From Paracoccus suum (lineage in GTDB: Bacteria; Pseudomonadota; Alphaproteobacteria; Rhodobacterales; Rhodobacteraceae): a stretch of DNA of 32,000 bases. The stretch spans positions 2,910,001-2,942,000 of the forward strand of contig NZ_CP030918.1 in the NCBI RefSeq assembly GCF_003324675.1, read 5' to 3'. The position numbers and the translations under genes are program-made. Numbering within the stretch: position 1 is the stretch's first letter; each line of letters opens with the position of its first letter. Below are positions 7,402 to 16,264 of the stretch, one piece after another. The notes beneath the pieces were generated by a model, which was not told the origin of the DNA, did no database searches, and worked only from the letters and a program-made list of their open reading frames with translations.

Positions 7402-8655
7402 TCAACCCGGGCAGGCCGCGCCGGTGTCGATCCACGTCCGCGTCAACTGGCCAAACACTTCCTGCGTGCCGGGCGCCGGGGTGCGACCCTCTCCCGGGTC
7501 CCAGCCCCAGCCGACGAGGCCGTCGTGGGCGTTATGCTCGTAGATCGCCTCCAGGTCCTTGCCGCCGTTGCGGGCGGGGTCCTTGATCTGCTCGCAGATG
7601 TCGCGCAGCGACACGCCCTGCCAACCCATAGAGACCGGCGCCAGCTGCCACGGATCGTGCCCGGGGATCGAGCCCGGCTCGGTCGCGAAGCTGACGTTCT
7701 CGGTCCCGTGGCAGGTGTTGCAGTTGAGGCCGGTTGGACCGAAATCCGCCTCGCCGCGGACCATCGCCGGGCTGTGCGGATGCATGTCATCACCCTGTGA
7801 CGGGCCGCCGGTCACCGGGTGGCAGTTGAGACAGCGCGGATGCGTAAGGACCTTGCCCATCTCCTCAAAGATCGCGGCCGAGCGGGTGGCGTCATCGCTT
7901 CCAGTGATTTCGTCCGGCCCACGCAAGTCGGTCGCCATGGCGGTAGCCACTGGGCCGGTCTCCGGCGTGGCGAGCGCGGTCTCGGGTGCCTTGGCGGGGG
8001 CCGTCTCGCCGGCCGCTTCGGACGAAGATGGCGGTGTCGCGGCCTCTCCCGGTGCCGGGGGAGCAGTTGCTGCATCTGCAGCCGGGGCAGCGGTCGGAGC
8101 GTCCGGACTGGCAGGCACCGCCGCGGATGTCCCTTTGGAGGTCGCCACCGCGGTGGGCGTCTCCTTGGTGGCGACCGCGGGCGCCGCTGCATCCGGCGTC
8201 GCCCCGGTTGCACCGGCCGGCGACATCCCGGTGGTCTCTGGCGCGGCAGTGGTTGGCGAGGTCGCGGCAGCAGGTGGCGCTCCAGGTGCAGGGGTCCCCG
8301 AGGTCTCGGTGCCGCTCCCAGCGGGCGCAGCCGCATCGGCCGCTGACCCTGCGGGGGCGGGCGCTCCTGTCGTCATCGGGGCGGCAGCGGGCGCGGCGTT
8401 CTCGGGGGCAACGGGTTGCGGGGGGCTACCCTCCGGCGCAGGAGTCGCCGGCGCAGTGCTCTCCGGGGTGGTTATCGATGGCGTCGTAGAGGGCGGCGCC
8501 GTTGCCCCGGACGTTGTCGGGGCAGCATCGGCTGCGGGCGGCGGTGTCGCTGCGTCGGCCGCAACCGGGGCCGCCGTTGCCGCATCCTGTGCATAGGCCG
8601 GGGACAGCATCGCGGGGGCGGCGATCAGCGCCGCGATCAGGACGGGGCGCATCAT
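7402..8655 (-). CDS. Secreted Pro/Ala/Thr-rich protein with a C-terminal two-CXXCH domain (putative dihaem c-type cytochrome); third gene of the iorAB-type operon
   Basis: 417 aa. Residues 1-22 (MMRPVLIAALIAAPAMLSPAYA) form a Sec-type signal. Residues ~23-240 (nt ~7936-8589) are almost exclusively A/P/T/S/G/E/D low complexity. Residues ~241-417 are a globular-looking domain with CLNCH (nt 7819-7833) and CNTCH (nt 7708-7722). The start ATG overlaps the iorB-type stop (ATGA at 8652-8655). Confidence 0.75.
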   Translation of the reverse strand: MMRPVLIAALIAAPAMLSPAYAQDAATAAPVAADAATPPPAADAAPTTSGATAPPSTTPSITTPESTAPATPAPEGSPPQPVAPENAAPAAAPMTTGAPAPAGSAADAAAPAGSGTETSGTPAPGAPPAAATSPTTAAPETTGMSPAGATGATPDAAAPAVATKETPTAVATSKGTSAAVPASPDAPTAAPAADAATAPPAPGEAATPPSSSEAAGETAPAKAPETALATPETGPVATAMATDLRGPDEITGSDDATRSAAIFEEMGKVLTHPRCLNCHPVTGGPSQGDDMHPHSPAMVRGEADFGPTGLNCNTCHGTENVSFATEPGSIPGHDPWQLAPVSMGWQGVSLRDICEQIKDPARNGGKDLEAIYEHNAHDGLVGWGWDPGEGRTPAPGTQEVFGQLTRTWIDTGAACPG

Positions 8656-10814
8656 GCGATCTCCTCCGACAGCATCGGCAGGGCGCGCGTCGCCTTTCCG
8701 GTCAGCGCGCGCCAGGCGTTGGCGACCGCGGGGCCGATGGGCGGCACCCCGGGCTCGCCCACGCCGGTCGGGTCGGCGTCAGTCTTGATGATCTCGACCT
8801 CGACCCGGGGCATCTCGGCAATCCGCAACATCCGATAATTGTTGAAGTTGCTTTGCACCACATGGCCGCCCTCGCCAAAACGCACAGCGTTGAAGAGCGC
8901 GGTCCCGAGGCCAAAGCCGATCCCGCCCTCCATCTGTGCGCGGACGATGTTCGGGTTCACGGCGATCCCGCAATCGACCGCGCACCAGACGCGGGTGACG
9001 TGGGGATAGCCGGTGCCTCGATCCTCGACCTCGGCGATCTGGGCGACATAGGTGCCGAAGGACTTGGCGTAGCCGATGCCATAGCCTTTCTCGCCCTGCT
9101 TGGCTCCCTTCCAGCCAGCCATCTCGGCCACCTTCTGGATCACCACTTTCTCGCGGCCGTCGGGCAGCAGGTCCAACCGGCCCTGCACCGGGTCCTTGCC
9201 AGCGGCCTGCAGCAACTCGTCCATGAACATCTCGGTCGCGAAGGCGGTGTGCGACGAGCCGACCGACCGCCACCAGAGGACGGGGATCAGGGTTTCGACA
9301 TTGGCGAGCGCGATGCGCTTGTTCGGCAGCGCGTAGGGCAGACCGATCGACCCCTCGACCGAGGTGCTGTCGACACCGTCCCGGACCATCATCGGCTCCA
9401 TCGGCGAGCCGGCGGCGATGGACTTCGTGGCGACTAGGTTCTGCCAGCCGACGATCTTGCCCTCGGCATCGACCGCACCGCGAAAACGATGGACCGACAT
9501 GGGACGATAGTAGCCGCCGCGGATGTCATCCTCGCGCGTCCACATCAGCTTGTAGCTGCCGGGGCCCCCGGCCTTGGCGACCTCGGCCAATTCGACGGCG
9601 AGGTGGGCGTCAGGTGTGGCGCGACGGCCGAAGCTGCCGCCGGCCAGCATCACATCGATAGTGACTGCCTCGGGGGGTAAGCCCAAAGTCTGGGCGATGG
9701 CCGGCTGGTCAAAGGTCGGGAACTGGCTGCCAAAGGCGGCATGCGCCTTGCCGTCGCCAAGGGTGATGACGCCGTCCAGTGTCTCCATCGGTGCATGGGC
9801 GAGAAAGGGAAAGCTGTATTCCGCCTCGACCACCGTCACCCCCGGCGCGTCCATGGCGGCCAGATCGCCAGCCGCCTCCGCCTCGTGAAGCTCGCCATCG
9901 AGGGCGGCAACATGGGCGGCCAGCAGCGCGGCACTGTCGCGCGTCTCGGCCCCGGACGTGTCCCAGGTGACCTTCAGCGCCTTGCGCCCCTTCAGCGCGG
10001 CGAAGGTGTTGTCGGCATAGACGGCGACCCCTTGTGGGATGGTTCTGACGGCCTTCACGCCCGCGACGGCGAGCGCGGCTGTGTCATCGACACTGCCGAC
10101 CTTGGCCCCGAAGACATCGGGATGGGCGACGACCACGACCTGAAGCCCCTCGGGATACTGGTCGAGGGTAAAGATTGCCTTGCCGTCCGATTTCTCGGCC
10201 GTGTCCAGCTTGGGCAGGTCGGTCCCGATCAGAACCCACTGGTCGGGCGTCTTGAGGGTCGGCGCCTCGGGGGCGGTTTGCTGAGCGGCGGCCTCGGCGA
10301 AGGCGCCAAAGCCGGATTCCTTGCCCGAGGGATGGGCGATACGGCCCTTGGCGACCGTAATCTCGGCCGCAGGCACGCCCCATTCTGCGGCAGCGGCGGC
10401 GACCAGCATCGCGCGCGCCTGCGCGCCGGCCCGACGCATCTGGACAAAGCTATTGGCGATGGCGGTCGAGCCGCCGGTGCCCTGCGCCCCCATCAGCAGG
10501 TTGGCATAAAGCGGCGTATTCGCCGGGGCGAGCGCGCCGCGCATCTGCGCCCAGTCGGCATCCAGTTCCTCGGCCACCAGGGTGGCAAGGCCGGTCAGCG
10601 GGCCCTGGCCAAACTCGATATGCTTGATGACGACGGTGACGGTATCGTCGGGCGCGATCTGCACGAAGGCGTTCGGCGGGATCGGCGGCGGGTTGGCCGC
10701 GGATGGCGCCGCCGCCTCCTGCGCCATGACGCGCATCGGCAGTGGCAGCGCCATCGCGATCACCAGACCGGCAGATGCGCGCAGGAAGCCGCGTCGGGAT
10801 GTCTGAACAGTCAT
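8652..10814 (-). CDS. iorB: Molybdopterin-binding large subunit of an IorB-type (isoquinoline oxidoreductase / membrane-bound aldehyde dehydrogenase-like) hydroxylase, Tat-exported
   Basis: 720 aa. The N-terminus MTVQTSRRGFLRASAGLVIAMALPL is a twin-arginine signal. The body contains GQGPLTGLATLVAEELD, GGSFGRR, WWRSVGSSHTAFATEMFMDEL, GIGFGLGTALF and GVGEPGVPPIGPAVANA, typical of the xanthine dehydrogenase/aldehyde oxidase Mo-binding family, IorB subgroup. Confidence 0.85.
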   Translation of the reverse strand: MTVQTSRRGFLRASAGLVIAMALPLPMRVMAQEAAAPSAANPPPIPPNAFVQIAPDDTVTVVIKHIEFGQGPLTGLATLVAEELDADWAQMRGALAPANTPLYANLLMGAQGTGGSTAIANSFVQMRRAGAQARAMLVAAAAAEWGVPAAEITVAKGRIAHPSGKESGFGAFAEAAAQQTAPEAPTLKTPDQWVLIGTDLPKLDTAEKSDGKAIFTLDQYPEGLQVVVVAHPDVFGAKVGSVDDTAALAVAGVKAVRTIPQGVAVYADNTFAALKGRKALKVTWDTSGAETRDSAALLAAHVAALDGELHEAEAAGDLAAMDAPGVTVVEAEYSFPFLAHAPMETLDGVITLGDGKAHAAFGSQFPTFDQPAIAQTLGLPPEAVTIDVMLAGGSFGRRATPDAHLAVELAEVAKAGGPGSYKLMWTREDDIRGGYYRPMSVHRFRGAVDAEGKIVGWQNLVATKSIAAGSPMEPMMVRDGVDSTSVEGSIGLPYALPNKRIALANVETLIPVLWWRSVGSSHTAFATEMFMDELLQAAGKDPVQGRLDLLPDGREKVVIQKVAEMAGWKGAKQGEKGYGIGYAKSFGTYVAQIAEVEDRGTGYPHVTRVWCAVDCGIAVNPNIVRAQMEGGIGFGLGTALFNAVRFGEGGHVVQSNFNNYRMLRIAEMPRVEVEIIKTDADPTGVGEPGVPPIGPAVANAWRALTGKATRALPMLSEEIA

Positions 10815-10817
10815 GGC

Positions 10818-11276
10818 TCAGCCCTCCAACGTCTTGGCGGCGTCGTGGATCGCCGCACGGATACGGTGATAGGTGGCACAGCGGCAGACGTTGCCAGCCA
10901 TGGCCTGGTCGATCTCCTCGTCACTCGGCGCGGGCAACTGTTGCAGCAGCATCGTCGCGCTCATCACCTGGCCGGATTGGCACCAGCCGCATTGCGGCAC
11001 GTCGATCGCCCGCCACGCGGCTTGGATGGCATCGTATTCGGGGCCGGACATGCCCTCGATGGTGGTGACCTCGGCGCCGTCCAGCGCCTTGATGGGAGTG
11101 ATGCAGGACCGGCGCGGCATGCCGTTCAACATCACCGTGCAGGCACCGCATTGCGCGACGCCGCAGCCGAACTTGGTGCCGGTCATCTTCAACTCGTCGC
11201 GCAGCACCCACAGAAGGGGCGTGTCCGGATCGAGGTTGAAGTCGTGGGATTCGCCGTTGATGGTGATGGTGGTCAT
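10818..11276 (-). CDS. iorA: [2Fe-2S]-binding small subunit (IorA-type)
   Basis: 152 aa. It has the motifs CGVAQCGACTV, CGWCQSGQ and CRCATY (two 2Fe-2S cluster motifs). Its stop lies 3 nt before the iorB-type start. It has no signal peptide of its own. Confidence 0.9.
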   Translation of the reverse strand: MTTITINGESHDFNLDPDTPLLWVLRDELKMTGTKFGCGVAQCGACTVMLNGMPRRSCITPIKALDGAEVTTIEGMSGPEYDAIQAAWRAIDVPQCGWCQSGQVMSATMLLQQLPAPSDEEIDQAMAGNVCRCATYHRIRAAIHDAAKTLEG

Positions 11277-11588
11277 GGCTGCCTCATCGCGTAGGGGGCG
11301 CAGGTCTGGCTATGGACTCAGGCCCCAACGCTAGGACCGGAGGTGCGGTTTGTCGACGCGCGACATTTGTTGCAGCGATGGATCGCCCATTGCGGTCGCA
11401 CGCGAGTGCGCCGGCGCGCCGTCAACCGCGGGGGAGGATAAAATAGGTTTGGGCACGCGGCATGAAGGCCGGGAACAATCGCGGTAGCGCGTGGTTGCGT
11501 CGCACGGCCCGGCGCGCGCAAGGTTCATCGGCCCCGCCGGCCGCCACTGATCTCGCACGGGATTTGTGCAGCCAAGAAGGAGGCCGAG

Positions 11589-12164
11589 ATGGAGCGCGTT
11601 CCCACGCCGCAAACTGCCAGCCCGCCCGCGACCGGCGCTGCGGCGACATCGCCGGTGCGCCTGACGATCAATGGCATGGACCAAGCGCTGACCCTCGATA
11701 ATCGCGTCAGCCTGCTGGACCTGCTGCGCGAGCACCTGCATCTGACGGGCACCAAGAAGGGTTGCGATCACGGCCAGTGCGGCGCCTGCACGGTAATCGT
11801 CAACGGCAGGCGGATCAATTCCTGCCTGACACTCGCCGTCATGCATGATGGCGATGAGGTTACTACCATCGAGGGCATCGGAACGCCCGATCATCTGGAC
11901 CCGATGCAGGCGGCCTTTGTTGCCCATGACGGCTATCAATGCGGCTACTGCACGCCGGGCCAAATCTGCTCGGCCCGCGCGGTGCTGGAGGAAATCGCGG
12001 CGGGCATCCCCAGCCATGTCACGGGCGATCTGAACGCCCCGCCGCCCCTCAGCGCCGAGGAAATCCGCGAGCGGATGAGCGGCAATCTATGCCGCTGCGG
12101 CGCCTATGCGAACATGCTGGAGGCGATCCTCGAGGTCGCCGATACGCAAGGGTTGCCGGCATGA
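11589..12164 (+). CDS. paoA: [2Fe-2S] subunit of a PaoABC-like aldehyde oxidoreductase, lacking a Tat signal
   Basis: 191 aa. GGAGG lies upstream of the [38 protein letters not shown]...[16 protein letters not shown]...[18 protein letters not shown] closely parallels E. coli PaoA/YagT as I remember it. The upstream reading frame is closed by TGA at 11463, and it contains no ATG, GTG or TTG start and no hydrophobic RR-leader. Confidence 0.85.
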   Translation: MERVPTPQTASPPATGAAATSPVRLTINGMDQALTLDNRVSLLDLLREHLHLTGTKKGCDHGQCGACTVIVNGRRINSCLTLAVMHDGDEVTTIEGIGTPDHLDPMQAAFVAHDGYQCGYCTPGQICSARAVLEEIAAGIPSHVTGDLNAPPPLSAEEIRERMSGNLCRCGAYANMLEAILEVADTQGLPA

Positions 12165-13117
12165 AGGCATTTTCCTATGAGCGGGCGAGCAGCCCGGCGG
12201 ACGCCGCGGCACGCGCCGCGCAAATTGCCAATGCGCGCTACATCGCCGGGGGCACCAACCTTCTGGACCTGATGAAGCTGCAGATCGAGGCGCCGAGCCA
12301 CTTGATCGACGTGAACGGCATCGGCCTCGACCGGATCGAAGAGACGGCGGAGGGCGGCCTGCGGATCGGCGCGCTGGTGCGCAACACCGATCTTGCCGCC
12401 GACCCGCGTGTGCGACGCGATTATCCGGTGCTGACCCGGGCGCTGGTCGCGGGCGCCTCGGGTCAGTTACGCAACAAGGCGACGACGGCGGGCAATCTGC
12501 TCCAGCGCACCCGCTGCGTTTATTTCTACGACCCCAACATGCCCTGCAACAAGCGCGTCCCCGGCTCGGGTTGCAGCGCCCTGGCCGAGGGGGCGGTCTC
12601 GCGCCAACTCGCTGTCATTGGCACCTCGGACGCCTGCATCGCGACCCACCCCTCGGACATGGCGGTGGCGATGCTGGTCTTGGACGCGGTGGTGGAAACC
12701 GTCCTGCCCTCGGGCGAGACGCGCGTCATTCCCGTGGCCGATCTGCATGTCTTGCCGGGTGACACCCCGCATATCGAGACCACCCTGCGCCCCGGCGAGT
12801 TGGTTACCGCCGTGACCCTTCCGCCGCCGATTGGCGGCAAGCAGAGTTATCGCAAGGTGCGGGACCGCGCGTCTTATGCATTTGCGCTCGTCTCCGTCGC
12901 GGCAATCATCCAGCCAGACGGCAGCGGCCGGATCGCACTCGGCGGGGTCGCGCCCAAGCCTTGGCGCCGGGACGACGCCGACGCCGCCCTGCCCAAGGGC
13001 GCGACCGCGGTGATGGAGCGATTGCTGGCGGGCGCGCGTCCGACCGAGGACAATGCGTTCAAGCTGCTGCTGGCCGAACGCGCACTGGCGGCAACGCTGG
13101 CCGAAGCGAAGGAGTAA
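12161..13117 (+). CDS. paoB: FAD-binding subunit (PaoB/YagS-like) with a four-Cys cluster motif
   Basis: ORF 11939..13117 trimmed to the ATG at 12161, which overlaps the paoA stop (ATGA). [11 protein letters not shown]...[13 protein letters not shown] is the FAD-binding CO-dehydrogenase flavoprotein fold. [22 protein letters not shown]...[11 protein letters not shown] supplies four Cys, consistent with the extra 4Fe-4S cluster described for PaoB. Confidence 0.85.
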   Translation: MKAFSYERASSPADAAARAAQIANARYIAGGTNLLDLMKLQIEAPSHLIDVNGIGLDRIEETAEGGLRIGALVRNTDLAADPRVRRDYPVLTRALVAGASGQLRNKATTAGNLLQRTRCVYFYDPNMPCNKRVPGSGCSALAEGAVSRQLAVIGTSDACIATHPSDMAVAMLVLDAVVETVLPSGETRVIPVADLHVLPGDTPHIETTLRPGELVTAVTLPPPIGGKQSYRKVRDRASYAFALVSVAAIIQPDGSGRIALGGVAPKPWRRDDADAALPKGATAVMERLLAGARPTEDNAFKLLLAERALAATLAEAKE

Positions 13118-13121
13118 GGGA

Positions 13122-15320
13122 ATGGAATTCCTGCAGCCAGCCACCGCCAATCCCACCGATCGCCAGCAGGTCCTGGGCCATGCCCATCCGCGCATCGAAG
13201 GGGCGCTGAAAACCACCGGCACCGCCCATTATGCCTATGAGCGCCAGGACGTCACCGGCCTGCAGCTTGTCGGCTATCCACTTGGCGCCGGCATCGCCAA
13301 GGGCCGCATCCTCAGCATGGACACCGCCGCGGCAGAGGCGGCGCCGGGCGTGCATGCGGTCATCACCACCCTGCAGATGGACCCGCTGCCCAAGCACAAG
13401 AACAACATTGCCGATCTGTTCGGCGGCTCGCGTATTCACCATTATCACCAGGCCATAGCGGTCGTCGTCGCCGAGAGCTTCGAGCAGGCGCGCGCCGCGG
13501 CACAGATGATCGAGGTCGAATACCGCGCCTCGCACCTGACCGATTTCGACCTGGCGGCGGCCCATGACAAGAACCCGGACAAGGCGGGCAAGACCCTCTC
13601 GCGCGTCGGCGATTTCGATAAAGCCTTTGCCGAGGCCGAGGTGACGCTGGACGCCCACTATCGCACGCCCGCGCAAAGCCACTGCATGATGGAGCCGCAT
13701 GCCTCGATCGCGGAATGGCGCGATGGAAAGCTGACGGTCTGGACCTCCACCCAGATGGTGGCCTGGACGCAAAAGGCGCTGGCCCGCACCTTCCAGCTGG
13801 CGGCCGAGGACGTGCGCGTCGACAGCGCCTATATCGGCGGCGGGTTTGGCGGCAAGCTGTGGCTTCGCGCCGATGCTGTGCTTGCCGCGCTCGGCGCCCG
13901 GCAGACCGGGCGGCCGGTCCGGGTTGCCCTGCCCCGCCCGCTGATGATGAACAACACCACCCACCGCGCCGAGACCTACCAGCGCATCCGCATCGGTGCA
14001 GGGCGCGACGGGCGCATCGCCGCCATCGCCCATGACGGCCTGTCCAGCAACATTCCCGGCGGTCACGGCGAAAATCCAGTGGATCAGACCCGGCACTTTT
14101 ACGCCGGGGCGAACCGGCTGATGACGCTGCGGATGGTCAATCTGGACCTGCCCGAGCCGAACTCGATGCGCGCACCGGGAGAGGGTGCGGGGATGATGGC
14201 GCTGGAAGTCGCGATGGACGAGATGGCGGAAAAGCTGGGCATGGACCCGGTCGAGTTTCGCGCCATCAACGATACCCAGGTCGACCCGGAGAATCCCGAG
14301 CGAGCGTTCTCGGACAGGCATTTCGTCCGGTGCTTGCGCGAGGGTGCCTCGGCCTTCGCCTGGGCGGATCGGAACATCGTGCCCGGCGCCAGGCGGGAGG
14401 GAATGTGGCTGATCGGCCAGGGCATGTCCGGCGGGTATCGCAAGGCGGCGGTGATGAAATCGGGGGCGCGGGTCACCCTGCGCGCCGATGCGCGCGTGCT
14501 GGTCGAGGCCGACATGACTGACATCGGCACCGGCAGTTATACCATCATGGCCCAGACCGCGGCCGAGATGCTGGGCCTGCCGCTCGACGCAATCGAGGTG
14601 CGGCTGGGCGGCAGTGACATGCCAGTGTCCAGCGGCTCTGGCGGCCAATGGGGCGCGGCGAGCGCCACCGCCGGGGTCTATGCCGCCTGCCTTTGCCTGC
14701 GCGAGGAAATCGCGCGCCGCATGGGCAATTCCGACCCCGCAGCACTGACGCTTTCGGACGGTCAGGTCACCTCGGGCGACAAGACCGTGCCGCTGGCGCA
14801 GATCGCCAGCGCCGGCGAGATCACCAGCGAGGAGAGCATGGGCTTTGGCGCCTTGCAAAAAGAATACCTGATTGCCACCTTTGCCGCCCATTTCGCCGAG
14901 GTCGCGGTGCATGTCGCGACCGGCGAGATCCGGGTCCGGCGCACCTTGTCGGTCTGCGATGCCGGCCGGATCATGAACCCGATGACCGCGCGCAGCCAAG
15001 TCATCGGCGGAATGGTCATGGGCATCGGCGCGGCGCTGAGCGAGCAGATCGAGGTCGACACCGGCCGCGGCTTTTTCGCCAATCACGATCTGGCGGGCTA
15101 CGAGGTGCCGGTCCACGCCGACATTCCCGACCAACAGGTGATCTTTCTGGACACCGAGGACCCGGCTGCCTCGCCGCTGAAGGCCAAGGGGGTGGGCGAG
15201 CTCGGCATCTCCGGCGCCGCCGCGGCGATCGCCAACGCCGCCTACAACGCCACCGGCATCCGCCTGCGAAGCTACCCGCTGACGCTGGACAAGATGCTCA
15301 ACCGGCTACCCGCGGTGTGA
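13122..15320 (+). CDS. paoC: Molybdopterin-binding large subunit (PaoC/YagR-like)
   Basis: ORF 13053..15320 trimmed to the ATG at 13122, 4 nt after the paoB stop, with GAAGGAG upstream. The 732-aa protein contains HPRIEGALKTTGTAHYAYE, IGGGFGGK, MRAPGEGAGMMALEVAMDE, DIGTGSYT and GVGELGISGAAAAIANA. Confidence 0.88.
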   Translation: MEFLQPATANPTDRQQVLGHAHPRIEGALKTTGTAHYAYERQDVTGLQLVGYPLGAGIAKGRILSMDTAAAEAAPGVHAVITTLQMDPLPKHKNNIADLFGGSRIHHYHQAIAVVVAESFEQARAAAQMIEVEYRASHLTDFDLAAAHDKNPDKAGKTLSRVGDFDKAFAEAEVTLDAHYRTPAQSHCMMEPHASIAEWRDGKLTVWTSTQMVAWTQKALARTFQLAAEDVRVDSAYIGGGFGGKLWLRADAVLAALGARQTGRPVRVALPRPLMMNNTTHRAETYQRIRIGAGRDGRIAAIAHDGLSSNIPGGHGENPVDQTRHFYAGANRLMTLRMVNLDLPEPNSMRAPGEGAGMMALEVAMDEMAEKLGMDPVEFRAINDTQVDPENPERAFSDRHFVRCLREGASAFAWADRNIVPGARREGMWLIGQGMSGGYRKAAVMKSGARVTLRADARVLVEADMTDIGTGSYTIMAQTAAEMLGLPLDAIEVRLGGSDMPVSSGSGGQWGAASATAGVYAACLCLREEIARRMGNSDPAALTLSDGQVTSGDKTVPLAQIASAGEITSEESMGFGALQKEYLIATFAAHFAEVAVHVATGEIRVRRTLSVCDAGRIMNPMTARSQVIGGMVMGIGAALSEQIEVDTGRGFFANHDLAGYEVPVHADIPDQQVIFLDTEDPAASPLKAKGVGELGISGAAAAIANAAYNATGIRLRSYPLTLDKMLNRLPAV

Positions 15321-16264
15321 CGGTGGACGCGGTGGCTCCATTTGATGCGCAGGCAGCCGCTACTAACCGCATCGAGGTCTGCGAGAGCGACTGGCCGTTG
15401 TCGGCCCTGACCCGCGAGGAAGTCGCCTTGGCGCTGATCACCGGCGTTGACGGTGCGGCTTACCGACCGGTCGGCGCGGCCATGGCCATCGACGCCGAGG
15501 GCCGGCGCAGCGGCAGCCTGTCCTCCGGTTGCCTCGAGCGGGACGTCGCCCTGCACGCCCTGTCCGTGATCCGGGATGGCGTGCCGCGGCAGCTGCGCTA
15601 TGGCCGCGGCTCGCCGTTTCTGGACATTACCCTGCCCTGCGGCGGCGGCCTCGACATCACCGTCCTTCCGGCACCCGCGCCGGAGATGGTGGCGCAGATC
15701 CGCGCGCAACTGGCCGCGCGCGGGCCGGTCGATCTGGCCATCCGGCCAGACGGGTGCATCACAACCGGCACGCTGGCCGGCGCCACGTTCAGTCTGCGCA
15801 TCCGACCGGAAATCCGCTTCGTGATCCTCGGCAAGGGCCCCGAGACGGCCAGCTTTGCACGCATCGTCACCCATGCCGGCTATGGCGCTGAGGTTTTCAC
15901 GGACGGTGAGACAGCGGCCGAGGCGGGGATCGGTCGGCCCCTGCCCGCCGGCCACTGGCCCGATGATCTAGAAATCGATCCCTACACCGCCGTCGCGATG
16001 TTCTTTCACGATCACGAACACGAGCCGCTGTTTCTTGCCCGCGCACTGCAAAGCCCGGCTTTTTTCGTCGGCGCGCAAGGCAGCCTGCGCGCGCATCAGT
16101 CGCGGTGCCAGGCGCTTGCAGAGCTTGGCGTGCCGGCCGAGCGGATTGCGGCGCTGGCCTCGCCCTTCGGCCTCATCCCCTCGACCCGCGATCCGCGGAT
16201 GCTCGCGGTTTCGGTGCTCGCGCAGATCCTGTCGCGGGCGGCGCAACTGCAGGGCCGGACGTGA
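15317..16264 (+). CDS. paoD: XdhC/CoxF-family Moco insertion chaperone (PaoD-like)
   Basis: This is the downstream part of ORF 14648..16264. There is no ATG near the 5' end. GTG at 15317 overlaps the paoC stop (GTGA). GTG at 15323 or 15332 are alternatives. It has an N-terminal XdhC_CoxI-like segment (ALITGVDGAAYRPVGAAMAID...GSLSSGCLE) and a Rossmann-like C-domain (FVILGKGPETASFARI...DPYTAVAMFFHDHEHE). Confidence 0.7.
   Translation: MTVDAVAPFDAQAAATNRIEVCESDWPLSALTREEVALALITGVDGAAYRPVGAAMAIDAEGRRSGSLSSGCLERDVALHALSVIRDGVPRQLRYGRGSPFLDITLPCGGGLDITVLPAPAPEMVAQIRAQLAARGPVDLAIRPDGCITTGTLAGATFSLRIRPEIRFVILGKGPETASFARIVTHAGYGAEVFTDGETAAEAGIGRPLPAGHWPDDLEIDPYTAVAMFFHDHEHEPLFLARALQSPAFFVGAQGSLRAHQSRCQALAELGVPAERIAALASPFGLIPSTRDPRMLAVSVLAQILSRAAQLQGRT

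Noticed and set aside
7559-8596. Open frames in several phases on both strands across the region encoding the Pro/Ala/Thr-rich segment (7559..8596 +, 7819..8346 +, 7986..8489 +, 7812..8336 -). I also considered a DNA-level tandem repeat or CRISPR-like array here.
   Set aside because: The region is GC-rich low-complexity coding sequence without a fixed repeat unit or unique spacers. Only the minus-strand frame 7402..8655 has a signal peptide, a structured C-domain and an ATGA junction with the upstream gene.
11331-12017. 228-aa minus-strand ORF spanning the divergent intergenic region and the paoA-like gene, considered as a possible regulator.
   Set aside because: It is antisense to a gene with unmistakable 2Fe-2S motifs. 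The product is Arg/Ala-rich with no HTH or other domain.
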